From positions 1 through 51,925 of the forward strand of contig CANRBV010000005.1 in assembly GCA_947628965.1 (NCBI GenBank): a DNA stretch of 51,925 nt, read 5' to 3'. This document shows, one piece after another, positions 9,257 to 18,612 of this stretch. Source of the stretch: an uncultured Bacilli bacterium. Lineage in GTDB: Bacteria > Bacillota_I > Bacilli_A > RF39 > UBA660. The translations under genes and the position numbers were made by a program. The first letter of the stretch is position 1. Every line of letters begins with the position of its first letter. The notes beneath the pieces are model-generated. The model did no database searches, was not told the origin of the DNA, and saw only the letters and a list, made by a program, of their open reading frames with translations.

Positions 9257-9686
9257 AAAGAATCACCCCTATTATTGCAAAAAGAAAAGCACTTACCATA
9301 CCATATAAAATAACACTACCCGCTAGCTTAAAAAAGTTAGCTCCAATTCCTGTAATAAAACCATCTTTTTTATAATCGAGTCCAGCACTCATAATAGAAT
9401 GAGCAAATCCTGTAGTAGGAAGTATAATACCCATTTTAACTTTTGTAACCCAATTATCAAAAAAACCTAATGCAGTAAATAAACAAGAAAGGAAAATAAC
9501 GACTAAGCAAGTTACTAAATAAGCATCTACTCGAGAAAGTCCTGTAAATTCCATAACAATAGTAGCAAAAACCTCTGCTAAAAAACCAATGAATCCCCCA
9601 ACTAAAAAAGCTACAAGTGCATTTTTACTTTTATTTTCTTTAGGTGTTAATCTTTTAACTAACTTGTTGTATTCATCTTTATTCAT
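9249..9686 (-). CDS. spoVAC: Stage V sporulation protein AC
   Basis: AFLVGGFIG, PTTGFAHS, FKLAGSVILYG; start moved to MNKDE after the GGAGG RBS. Confidence 0.93.
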   Translation of the reverse strand: MNKDEYNKLVKRLTPKENKSKNALVAFLVGGFIGFLAEVFATIVMEFTGLSRVDAYLVTCLVVIFLSCLFTALGFFDNWVTKVKMGIILPTTGFAHSIMSAGLDYKKDGFITGIGANFFKLAGSVILYGMVSAFLFAIIGVILYG

Positions 9687-9704
9687 AAGATAAGCCTCCA
9701 TTTT

Positions 9705-9734
9705 TATTATGAAGGCTTTTTATATTTTTTATAC
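9705..9734 (-). promoter_or_regulatory. SigG-type promoter of spoVA
   Basis: GTATA-18 bp-CATAATA immediately upstream of the spoVAC RBS; spoVA is SigG-dependent in B. subtilis. Confidence 0.7.
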
Positions 9735-9755
9735 AATAAAGAATAAAATATTTTT

Positions 9756-12707
9756 TTAATCTAAATCTTTTGGTTTATTTCCATTTATAATTCCCCCAGT
9801 TTTTTCATATGTCGCACCAGAAACAACGTGAATACCTCCAGCACAATTATCTTTATTACAAACATTATTTATAATACTTCCACCCGACATTTTAAAATTA
9901 GATCCAGTATCAATATGGACTCCTCCGCCATTCGCATCTGACGTATTATCTTTTATGATACCATTATTGAAATTAATCGTACCATTTGAATTAGCTTGTT
10001 GAAATAAACCTCCTCCACCGACACGAATCGATTTATTTCCAACAATCATTGTTCCTGAATCAATATTTAATGTCCCTGGTCCTGTATATATTCCGCCTCC
10101 TGCTGCTTGTGCTTCATTATTTGCTATTTCTACATTTTTTAAATTCAAAATATTTTTTTCAGAACCGTTAAAACGAATTCCACCGCCAACACCATTTTGA
10201 TTATCAACCTCAGTAGCTACATTATTTGCTATAGTTCCGCCAGTAATATTGTAAATATTCTCCACAGTATTTTCAGAGTTGTTAATATAGAGTCCTCCAC
10301 CACTTTTAGCATGGTTATTTTCTATATTGCCAACGCTCATTTCAAATTCAATTTTTTCATTCATGGGATCAATATTGATTCCTCCACCAAAGGTTTCACT
10401 AGTATTATTTATAAAATCAGTTCCTTTTAATTTAATAATAGCAGATTGTGAAGTGCTATTTCCATGATATTCTAAACCACCACCAGAAGTTTGAGCAACA
10501 TTATTGGATATAACGCCATCGTTAAATTCATATAGGGAACCAGCTACTGAATTATAGGAATATACTCCGCCCCCTGATCCTCCTGCAGTATTTTCGGAAA
10601 TTTCTCCACCGTTCATTTCAAATATGTTTAACGTTATTAAAACAATTCCACCTCCATAACCAGTAGCTTTGTTTTTATTTATTTGGCCACTTTCCAATAC
10701 AATTTTCCCAGTTGAATAAATTCCTCCACCTGCATCTGTTGTTTGATTATTAGAAATACTAGAATTTGAAATTATAAGTGGTCTAGTTTTAGCGTTTTCT
10801 ATAGTTGTTGCATTTGTATTAAAACGTATGCCTCCACCGACTCCGTTAGTAGTTTCTTTTTTTTCAGAAAAATTATTTTCAACTTTTACATTATCAAGTT
10901 TATAAGTGACATTATTCATGTTGGATTGGATATACATTCCACCTCCACTTATAGCGTGGTTATTCGTAATTATGGCATTACTGATTTTTGTTTCTGAAAC
11001 ATTGTTTTTCTTTGTTAATAAATACATTCCTCCACCATAGTTAGCGTGATTATTATCGAAAATGCCTCCCGTGATTTCGTTTGTACTTGAACCATCTTTA
11101 GAATCATCTCCTAACCAAAGAGCTCCGCCATTGGTACCAGCTGTGTTATTGCTAAACGTTCCTCCACTTATCGTTAATTTAGTTTCAATACCATTAGCTA
11201 AATACATTCCCCCACCAAGTCCACTTGCTGTATTATCTTTTATTTCTCCTCCAGTTATTTCAATAGTGATTTCACCACAATTTTGGGATATACCAATACC
11301 AGCACCTTGCCCAGTTGAAGTATTCCCTGATATAGTTCCTCCTTCTATTTTGATCTTTGAACCATTATAACCATCAGTTGCTACGTGAATACCACCACCA
11401 TTAACTCCTGTAGTGTTTAAAACTTTATTATTTGAAACTTTTCCACCCTTCATAATAAAAGTATTGGAAGCTCCGCCATATATCCCTATTCCTCCACCAT
11501 ATTGAGCTTCATTATTTACTATTTCTCCTTCGTTTAAAATTAGGGTGCTACCATTAGCCACTTGGATTCCTCCACCTTTATTCGTAGAAGAGTTGTTTCT
11601 TACGATACCCCCATTTATATTTAAAGTGCTGCTAGATATATCTATTCCTCCACCACTATTTTTTATATTCTTTGCCTTTTCTACTACACTTCCTGTTTCT
11701 AAGTTTAATGTAGAATTATTTGAGGCTATAATTAAAGATTCGTTTGATTCTAGCTCTAAACCAGAAAACGTTATATTTTCTAAGCGTACATTATTATTAT
11801 GATCAATACGTACCATTTCGCTATTAGTTAAACTCGTATCTCTTTGCACTTCATAAATTTGCTTTTTACTAGTTAAATGGCTAGTAATTACTACTTCTTT
11901 TCCTTCTTCATCTAAATTTATTTTATTAACTGGCTTTATATCACTTAATAAACTAATAATTCCACCACTTGGTACTTCTTGATAAGCTTTATTTATCGTT
12001 TTATATGGATTATTATAAGTTCCATCTCCCGTTTCGTCACTACCACTTTCTGCTACATAATACATTCTTGCATATTCAACAGTAACAGCAACTTTTCCTC
12101 TCCAGGTAGCATTCATATTTTCATCGGTTGCTGGGGTTTCTTCATCCATAAAAAGAAACATATTAAATTCTTTTGTTTCTTGTCCTCTTAGAGTAAAATG
12201 ATACAAACTATAAGCTTTCGTTGCTTCTTCTATTACTTTATTTTTAGTATTATCTCCATTTGTTGTCAATTTTAAATCTTGACTAGAGAGTATAGGTGGA
12301 TCATTTTTTATATCCTCTTCACCATCATAAAGCATGACATCTATCCATTGATCATCTAACTTTTTTTCGCCCTCTTTAGCATCAAATGTTTCCAAATTTA
12401 TTGTGGCACTCGCATAGTTGTCACAAATATTGGTTACTTTAAAATGATAGGGTTTAGTTGTTTTAAAAAATTCTTCTTTTTCCTCTTCATTCATGGGATA
12501 AGCTTCCATCAATTGAATATCGGTATTTTCTGTTTCTTCAAAGTTAATTTTAAAACAATCTGATGTAACTAAATTTTGATCTACTTGTCCTTCTGTAAAT
12601 CTCCAAAAGCCATAAGAAATTCCCCCTATTAACAGAGTAATTCCTATAATTCCTATAATAATTGAAAGTATTTGTTTTCTTTTGGATCCTAATTTTGATA
12701 TATTCAT
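9756..12707 (-). CDS. Large surface protein with right-handed parallel beta-helix
   Basis: N-terminal TM/signal ending ISYGFW, DUF1565-like YYVAESGSDETGDGTYNNPYKTINKA, many GG.I..N.A..GGGI repeats. Confidence 0.85.
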   Translation of the reverse strand: MNISKLGSKRKQILSIIIGIIGITLLIGGISYGFWRFTEGQVDQNLVTSDCFKINFEETENTDIQLMEAYPMNEEEKEEFFKTTKPYHFKVTNICDNYASATINLETFDAKEGEKKLDDQWIDVMLYDGEEDIKNDPPILSSQDLKLTTNGDNTKNKVIEEATKAYSLYHFTLRGQETKEFNMFLFMDEETPATDENMNATWRGKVAVTVEYARMYYVAESGSDETGDGTYNNPYKTINKAYQEVPSGGIISLLSDIKPVNKINLDEEGKEVVITSHLTSKKQIYEVQRDTSLTNSEMVRIDHNNNVRLENITFSGLELESNESLIIASNNSTLNLETGSVVEKAKNIKNSGGGIDISSSTLNINGGIVRNNSSTNKGGGIQVANGSTLILNEGEIVNNEAQYGGGIGIYGGASNTFIMKGGKVSNNKVLNTTGVNGGGIHVATDGYNGSKIKIEGGTISGNTSTGQGAGIGISQNCGEITIEITGGEIKDNTASGLGGGMYLANGIETKLTISGGTFSNNTAGTNGGALWLGDDSKDGSSTNEITGGIFDNNHANYGGGMYLLTKKNNVSETKISNAIITNNHAISGGGMYIQSNMNNVTYKLDNVKVENNFSEKKETTNGVGGGIRFNTNATTIENAKTRPLIISNSSISNNQTTDAGGGIYSTGKIVLESGQINKNKATGYGGGIVLITLNIFEMNGGEISENTAGGSGGGVYSYNSVAGSLYEFNDGVISNNVAQTSGGGLEYHGNSTSQSAIIKLKGTDFINNTSETFGGGINIDPMNEKIEFEMSVGNIENNHAKSGGGLYINNSENTVENIYNITGGTIANNVATEVDNQNGVGGGIRFNGSEKNILNLKNVEIANNEAQAAGGGIYTGPGTLNIDSGTMIVGNKSIRVGGGGLFQQANSNGTINFNNGIIKDNTSDANGGGVHIDTGSNFKMSGGSIINNVCNKDNCAGGIHVVSGATYEKTGGIINGNKPKDLD

Positions 12708-12751
12708 TTTTTCCTCCTACTACTACTATAATTTAATTATACATAACTGTG

Positions 12752-12780
12752 ATAGCACTATGCAAGCATAAATTTGCTAT
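12752..12780. promoter_or_regulatory. Nested inverted repeat, putative RHH operator
   Basis: ATAGCA...TGCTAT enclosing TATGC-aa-GCATA, between divergent genes. Confidence 0.4.
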
Positions 12781-12820
12781 AAAATAGTATATTATTAAAA
12801 TAACCAAGGAGAAAAATTTT

Positions 12821-12985
12821 ATGAATAAGGAGATTATTTTTGTTAGAATTGATGAAGATTTAAAGAAAAAACTTGATATGATTGCTTTAGAAGAACAAAG
12901 AAGTTTAAATAACTTAGTCGTAAGAGTCCTTACTAAATTTATAATGGATTATGAAAAAAAATCTATTTTAGAAGAAAGTAAATAA
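12821..12985 (+). CDS. Arc/CopG-like ribbon-helix-helix DNA-binding protein (54 aa, not in the ORF track)
   Basis: MNKEIIFVRIDEDLKKKLDMIALEEQRSLNNLVVRVLTKFI...; AAGGAG RBS. Confidence 0.85.
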   Translation: MNKEIIFVRIDEDLKKKLDMIALEEQRSLNNLVVRVLTKFIMDYEKKSILEESK

Positions 12986-12986
12986 T

Positions 12987-13640
12987 TTAGTAGTTCGAAT
13001 AATATTCTCGAATTTTATCAATTCCCTTTTTTTCATAACGAGAGACCATTACTTGCGTCTTTTTTAATTTTCTAGCTACTTCACTTTGTGTCATATCCTG
13101 TAAATAACGATATTTTAGAATTTGTCTTTCTTCTTCATTTAATTGTTCTAATCCTTCTTGAATTAATAATTTATCTTCTATAGAAATAGGCTCCTTTGTT
13201 GGAATTGTTTCATATAAACTTCTATCTTCTGTATCGTGATTATCCAAACTACTTACCATAATAGATCCTGCAATAATAGCTTGTTCAAGTTCATGAATAT
13301 CCATTTCTAAAAAAAGAGCAAGTTCTGTATTCGTGGGAATTCTTCCCCACTTTTGGGCAAGACTATAGCGAGATGTTTCAATGGATTTATATAATCGTAA
13401 ATAATTAGGATTTACTTTAATTTGTTTTTGCATGGCCAATTGATACATTTCTCCAAAAATAGATTTAAAAGCATAACTTGAAAATTTTGCTACACTACTT
13501 TCTTGATAATTTTTCATAGCTTTTAGAATCCCTAAAACACCTGCTTGATATAAATCTTCTCTTTCTATTCCATAAAAGTAATGATTGGCGATTTTGTAGA
13601 TAAGTCCTGTATTTTCCTTTATAATTTGTTCCGAAGTCAT
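12987..13640 (-). CDS. sigF: SigF/SigG-family sporulation sigma factor, SigF by synteny
   Basis: EDLYQAGVLGILKA, KFSSYA, GRIPT..ELA, DMTQSEVA..L..TQVMVSRYEKK; lies after spoIIAA and before spoVA. Confidence 0.8.
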   Translation of the reverse strand: MTSEQIIKENTGLIYKIANHYFYGIEREDLYQAGVLGILKAMKNYQESSVAKFSSYAFKSIFGEMYQLAMQKQIKVNPNYLRLYKSIETSRYSLAQKWGRIPTNTELALFLEMDIHELEQAIIAGSIMVSSLDNHDTEDRSLYETIPTKEPISIEDKLLIQEGLEQLNEEERQILKYRYLQDMTQSEVARKLKKTQVMVSRYEKKGIDKIREYYSNY

Positions 13641-13649
13641 AACATCCTC

Positions 13650-13982
13650 CTATATTTTAATTAATTGTAATGCAGACAACTCATTTTCTACTTCTTTTAT
13701 ATGCAATCGTTGAATGAATTTTTTTATTGTTTCTGTTACTTCACAAACATAAATTTTTCCTTTATTCACTCGAATAGCACATTTGCTATTTAATAAAGCA
13801 TCGACTCCACTTTCATCAATCGTATTTAATTCATATAAATTATAAACTAAATATTTTATTTTATGTTTTAAAAGCACTGGAACTAAATAATTATTTAATT
13901 CATAGGTTTTTTTACTTGTCAAATTTCCTTTCAAGCGAACAAATAAAACGCCTTTATTGTACTCTAAGTCCATTTGAAACAT
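13650..13982 (-). CDS. spoIIAA: STAS-domain anti-sigma-factor antagonist, SpoIIAA-like
   Basis: GVLFVRLKGNL...LVYNLYELNTIDESG aligns with SpoIIAA VLCIRLTGEL...IVLNLEDLSFMDSSG. Confidence 0.8.
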   Translation of the reverse strand: MFQMDLEYNKGVLFVRLKGNLTSKKTYELNNYLVPVLLKHKIKYLVYNLYELNTIDESGVDALLNSKCAIRVNKGKIYVCEVTETIKKFIQRLHIKEVENELSALQLIKI

Positions 13983-14035
13983 TTTTGATCACCCGCTATA
14001 TGAATATAGTAAAAATTTTTAACTTTTTAAATACA

Positions 14036-14054
14036 TTCGACAAAGGATGTCAAA
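14036..14054. promoter_or_regulatory. Spo0A boxes upstream of spoIIAA
   Basis: Perfect TGTCGAA on - (14036-14042) and near-match TGTCAAA on + (14048-14054). Confidence 0.6.
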
Positions 14055-14078
14055 AAAAGTTTTTCAATAATTTAATTG

Positions 14079-14732
14079 TTATAAAGTTCTTTTTTTGTTT
14101 ATAAAGAAAAGAAAGAGAAAGATAATACCCAAAAATAGTATAGTTAAAGCTAGCAAAAAATTTCCTAGTAAAGGGGTAAGGGGACTTTCAAAAGTATCTA
14201 AATAGACAACACCAAAAATTTCTTTAAAATTATTTTCATTCACCACTTCTTGTTCAAGAATTTTATTTAATGCACGAGTTGCTTCTTCTTGCAAATCTTT
14301 AGGAATAAGCTTAGTCATTCCTTTTATCGTTACACTTGAAGGGGCTTCCATTTTTGCTTCACTATAAGAATAGGTATAGATTTCATCCAATTGTTTTCTT
14401 GTTTTATCATTTAAATCAACTAAATAAACATTTTCACTATCCCAAATAAAATACGTTTTATGTTCTATTCCAGCATAATCGTGAGTAACAAAATAATCGG
14501 TCATCACGTTTGCTTCTATCTTAGCGTATACATCTTGCCTTCTAACACTTTTTAAATCGGCTACAGTAGCGAATCTATTTTTGGCATTTAAATAAAGAAG
14601 CAAGACAAACAAAATTCCAATTATGAAAAAAAGAACCCCAAGAAAAACATTGCGATTGTAACTCAGTTTTTTTAAAAGTTCTTTTTTTGTTTTCATTGGC
14701 AATTTCTCCATTTCTATTAAAGAATATATCAA
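14079..14732 (-). CDS. Hypothetical membrane protein (two TM helices flanking a soluble domain)
   Basis: Hydrophobic segments at both ends; start codon uncertain. Confidence 0.7.
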   Translation of the reverse strand: MIYSLIEMEKLPMKTKKELLKKLSYNRNVFLGVLFFIIGILFVLLLYLNAKNRFATVADLKSVRRQDVYAKIEANVMTDYFVTHDYAGIEHKTYFIWDSENVYLVDLNDKTRKQLDEIYTYSYSEAKMEAPSSVTIKGMTKLIPKDLQEEATRALNKILEQEVVNENNFKEIFGVVYLDTFESPLTPLLGNFLLALTILFLGIIFLFLFFINKKRTL

Positions 14733-14758
14733 AATGCCTTTATTTAGTAAATATTTTT

Positions 14759-16237
14759 TTATTCATTTTCCCTTAAAGATTTTATCTTTTCTTTTGCTTC
14801 GTTTATAGAATCAAGATTTGGTTCCATAACATAGGATTTAACGGTTTTATAAGAGTAAGTATATTGATGAGCATCCGTTCCCGTTAAAGAATAGTTAGAA
14901 AAAGACCAAGAAGGCATCTCTTTAATTTGTTTCTTTACTAAAGCCGTTATATTTTCCGTACCTAAATTTGTAATAAATTTACCATTTAAAGCATTTAATA
15001 GATCATTATATTTTAATAGAATTGTTTTTGATAATGCTTTATTTAAAATCGCTTCTAATAATTGTTGTTGGTGTCTAACACGTCCTAAATCCCCATCTGC
15101 TAAACTTTTTCTTTCTCTAGCAAAAGCTAAGGCTTGTTTACCATTTAAATGATTGATACCTTTTTTAAAAGAATAGTTAACAACTTCTTCTTCCTCATAG
15201 TATGCTCTAAATGGTTCACTTACTTCTACATCTACTCCACCTAATTCATCGACAATCTTAATTAAAGAAGTAAAATTAACTTTTGCATAATAATTAATAT
15301 CAATGCCTAGTAAATCTTCAACGGTTTTTACGGAGGTATCAATACCGTGAATTCCTGCATGGGTTATTTTATCTTTTAAATTTGTATCTATCCCATGTAA
15401 TTGAACATAGTAATCTCTTGGAATACTGGTTAGAAGAACTTTATGTGTTTTTGGATTTACAGATACCACCATGTTTACATCACTTCTAGACACACTGGTA
15501 ATTTTTCCATAACTATCAATTCCTGAAATAAATATATTAAAAGGATCATTCGTAATATCAACATTTTTTATTAAATTATCTTGAATTTCAATATCAACAG
15601 AAAATTCATAAATAATTCTTTCTTTATCTTTGAGTTCTTTACACGTATCTTCTAGTAATGTTTTTTGAGCTTCTTCCATCAAAATAGCATCTACATTAGA
15701 TTGTATTAGGGCTTCTAATAAAGCATCCGTATCTTCTACTTCAATATATTCTAAAGATGTTTTTTTATTTAAATATTGTTTGGCTTTTGTAACCCCATCT
15801 TCTTTGGATTTCAAAATACCTATTTTTTTATCTTTAATATCTTTTAATTTTGTATAAGAACTTGTATTTAAAACAATAATACTATAATTCTCAGTATTGA
15901 AATTTCCTTTACTTAGATTATTTAGAAAAAATAAGGTATGAACAAAATAAATTAAAATAACGATAGTGCCAATTATTTTTAAAAGGGTTAGAACTGTTGC
16001 AATTCCTTTTCTTTTCCAACCTTTTTTTAAAGTTAGAAAGAGCATAAAAAAATCAAAAGAAACGAGTCCTACACTAAGAAGTCCAAAATACAAAATAGGC
16101 AAAACATTTAACTTGGCAAGAGCAATTAAAAAGAGAATCGTAAAAGAAAAAGAAACATAAAATAAACGTCGAAATATTTTTTTCTTACCATGTTTTCTTC
16201 TTGTATTTTTAGTATTTGCATTACTCGAATTTTTCAT
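14759..16237 (-). CDS. LCP family glycopolymer transferase, CpsA/Wzg-like
   Basis: Three N-terminal TM helices; FNIFISGID, SRSDVN, TSIPRDYYV, ALAFARER, GD.GR..HQQ. Confidence 0.92.
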   Translation of the reverse strand: MKNSSNANTKNTRRKHGKKKIFRRLFYVSFSFTILFLIALAKLNVLPILYFGLLSVGLVSFDFFMLFLTLKKGWKRKGIATVLTLLKIIGTIVILIYFVHTLFFLNNLSKGNFNTENYSIIVLNTSSYTKLKDIKDKKIGILKSKEDGVTKAKQYLNKKTSLEYIEVEDTDALLEALIQSNVDAILMEEAQKTLLEDTCKELKDKERIIYEFSVDIEIQDNLIKNVDITNDPFNIFISGIDSYGKITSVSRSDVNMVVSVNPKTHKVLLTSIPRDYYVQLHGIDTNLKDKITHAGIHGIDTSVKTVEDLLGIDINYYAKVNFTSLIKIVDELGGVDVEVSEPFRAYYEEEEVVNYSFKKGINHLNGKQALAFARERKSLADGDLGRVRHQQQLLEAILNKALSKTILLKYNDLLNALNGKFITNLGTENITALVKKQIKEMPSWSFSNYSLTGTDAHQYTYSYKTVKSYVMEPNLDSINEAKEKIKSLRENE

Positions 16238-16327
16238 AAGTCCCTCACTTTATTCTATGTCTATTATAGCACGTAGAAAAAAAGGACTGTTAAAAGTTAA
16301 CAGTTCATTTGTAAATTAAAAGTCAAA

Positions 16328-17482
16328 TTAAATAGGGATACCACTTGTCAAAGCTTTAAATAAACGATTTCCTAAATTCCAAAGACTTGCCTTTTTTATT
16401 TCTTCTTTCGTAACAACATTTACTTCTTTTAAAATATTTCCTTCTTTATCTAAAACTTCTAAAGTTCCTACTACGGTACCACTTGCAACAGGAGCTTTAA
16501 TAGGATTGACGATTAAATTGTAATCGTATTCTTCTTTCGTGTCGGTCACTTTCTTTAAAATGGTGATATCTTCTTCTACATATAGTTTTGTACTTAACAA
16601 TTGTCCTTTTTCAATTTTTATTTCTCCTAAATCTTGCTCTTTCGTTTTTAAAATATCTAAATTATACGTATTAAAACCATAATTTAACATATTAACTGTA
16701 TCTTTACTTCTCAAATCACTTGTTTCGGCATTCATAACGACAGACAAAAGTCTCATATTTCCTTTTTTAGCCGTTGTTGTAATACAGTAGCCAGCTTGGT
16801 TCGTAAAACCTGTTTTTAAACCATCTACACCTTCATAAAACCTAACTAAACGATTTGTATTTACAAGCCATATACTAGAACCATCTGGTTTTTTTAAGTA
16901 ATCTTCATAAAGAGAAGTATATTCTAAAATTCGTTCATGTTTTAATAATTCTTTAGCCATTATAGACATATCTCTTGCTGTTGTATAGTGATTTTCACTT
17001 TCGAGTCCATGAGGATTATCAAAATGTGTATTTTTAAGTCCTAAATCTTTGGCTTTTTCATTCATGGCATTTACAAAGGCAGAGACACTACCACTCACCT
17101 TTTCAGCCATTGCAACGACCGCATCATTTCCACTTGCAATAGCAATTCCTTTTAATAACTCGTGGACCTTATATTTTTCTCCTGTTTGCAAAAAGATTTG
17201 ACTTCCACCCATACTGGAAGCATTGTCACTAATGATCACTTCATCATCAAAAGATAATCTTCCTGAATCAATAGCTTCCATAATAAGTAACATACTCATG
17301 ACTTTTGTCATGGAAGCAGGGGCAAGTTTTTTATCGGCATTTTTTTCATATAAAACTTTTCCAGTGGAAACTTCCATTAAAAGAGCACTTTCACTATTAA
17401 ATGCTAATTCTTCTGCTTGTACTCTTCCAATAAAGAGAATACCAAGAAGAAAAAGAAATCCAATTTTTTTCATATTAGTCAC
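16328..17482 (-). CDS. dacF: D-Ala-D-Ala carboxypeptidase (S11), DacF-like
   Basis: PASMTKVM, SGNDA, GLKTGFT; LVNTNRLVRFYEGVDG; upstream of spoIIAA-sigF. Confidence 0.8.
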   Translation of the reverse strand: MTNMKKIGFLFLLGILFIGRVQAEELAFNSESALLMEVSTGKVLYEKNADKKLAPASMTKVMSMLLIMEAIDSGRLSFDDEVIISDNASSMGGSQIFLQTGEKYKVHELLKGIAIASGNDAVVAMAEKVSGSVSAFVNAMNEKAKDLGLKNTHFDNPHGLESENHYTTARDMSIMAKELLKHERILEYTSLYEDYLKKPDGSSIWLVNTNRLVRFYEGVDGLKTGFTNQAGYCITTTAKKGNMRLLSVVMNAETSDLRSKDTVNMLNYGFNTYNLDILKTKEQDLGEIKIEKGQLLSTKLYVEEDITILKKVTDTKEEYDYNLIVNPIKAPVASGTVVGTLEVLDKEGNILKEVNVVTKEEIKKASLWNLGNRLFKALTSGIPI

Positions 17483-17569
17483 CTAATAAAAAATATGTGC
17501 TTTACTACAAAATATGACATAACAATACAAAATAATTTTATAGAATAAATATAGAAAGAAGGTAACAAA

Positions 17570-18604
17570 ATGAAGATGAAAGAACTTATTTTAGCCAGTA
17601 GTTTTACTATTCTTCTTACAGGTTTATTTTCATATTTTATTTATCAAGAGAATAGAAATGCTAATAAGGTGATTCCTGTTATGAAAGAAACGCAAAAAGT
17701 TATTTCTTATATTCAAAATACAAACGAATTTAAAGAAGAATATAAAAGTATGTATGAACAGATTACTTTTCATGAAGAAGAAAATTTTTTTCATGAAATT
17801 AATTGTTTACTTCATTTAAATTATACTCCTATAGAAATAAATGAACTGTATGATTTTGTTTCTCACAAAAATATCGAAAAACTATTAGATTTTGAAAAAA
17901 TGAATTTAAAAAACTACTATACAATTCCCAATTTTGAAGTGGATAAAATTCCTCGCTATGAAATGTACCAAGATAAAACAAACACTACTTTAGAAGAAGC
18001 TGTTTTAAAAGTCAATATTGGATTAGACCATGAATTTTATACTCAAATTGAAGAAATTGCAAAAAAAGACGATTATGCTATTTTGGTTAATAAATATCGT
18101 TTTTTAGGTCAATATGAACCAACCGATTTAAAAAGTTTAAGTTATGATGAGAAGTATCAATTAAGACAAAAAGCAGCGGATGCCTTTGAAGAATTGGTTA
18201 GTTTTGCAAAATTAGAAAATGTTTTTATAAGACCTTATAGTGCTTATCGCTCTTATTTTTATCAACAATCTATTTATAATACTTATGTAAACAAAGATGG
18301 AAAAAATATGGCCGATACTTATTCAGCAAGGCCAGGACATTCGGAACATCAAACTGGACTTGCTGTTGATGTATGGAGTGAAGGTTTAGAAGAATTAAAA
18401 GAAAGTGATGCCAATTGGTTAAAAGAAAATGCCTATCTATTTGGATTTATTGTTCGTTATACAAAGGAAACAGAAAAGATTACTGGGTATATTGAAGAAC
18501 CATGGCATTTAAGATATTTAGGAAAAGACTTAGCTAAAAAAGTTTATGAAAGTCATCTTACCTATGATGAATATTACGATTTATATTTAAAAAATTTAAA
18601 CTAA
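17570..18604 (+). CDS. M15B (VanY/LdcB-like) carboxypeptidase
   Basis: SAYRSY..Q, SARPGHSEHQTGLAVD, EPWHLRYLG; N-terminal TM helix. Confidence 0.92.
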   Translation: MKMKELILASSFTILLTGLFSYFIYQENRNANKVIPVMKETQKVISYIQNTNEFKEEYKSMYEQITFHEEENFFHEINCLLHLNYTPIEINELYDFVSHKNIEKLLDFEKMNLKNYYTIPNFEVDKIPRYEMYQDKTNTTLEEAVLKVNIGLDHEFYTQIEEIAKKDDYAILVNKYRFLGQYEPTDLKSLSYDEKYQLRQKAADAFEELVSFAKLENVFIRPYSAYRSYFYQQSIYNTYVNKDGKNMADTYSARPGHSEHQTGLAVDVWSEGLEELKESDANWLKENAYLFGFIVRYTKETEKITGYIEEPWHLRYLGKDLAKKVYESHLTYDEYYDLYLKNLN

Positions 18605-18612
18605 AAAAAGGA

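Noticed and set aside
9756-11700. Recurrent CCTCCACC-like motifs suggesting a repeat array or CRISPR
   Set aside because: They encode the GGG turns of the beta-helix; degenerate, in frame and without spacer structure
17488-17520. SigE-like promoter (TCATATT...CATATTT) upstream of dacF
   Set aside because: Spacing is marginal and such matches are common in AT-rich DNA
17570-18604. vanY as a vancomycin-resistance gene
   Set aside because: No van ligase or regulator nearby; housekeeping M15B carboxypeptidases share these motifs
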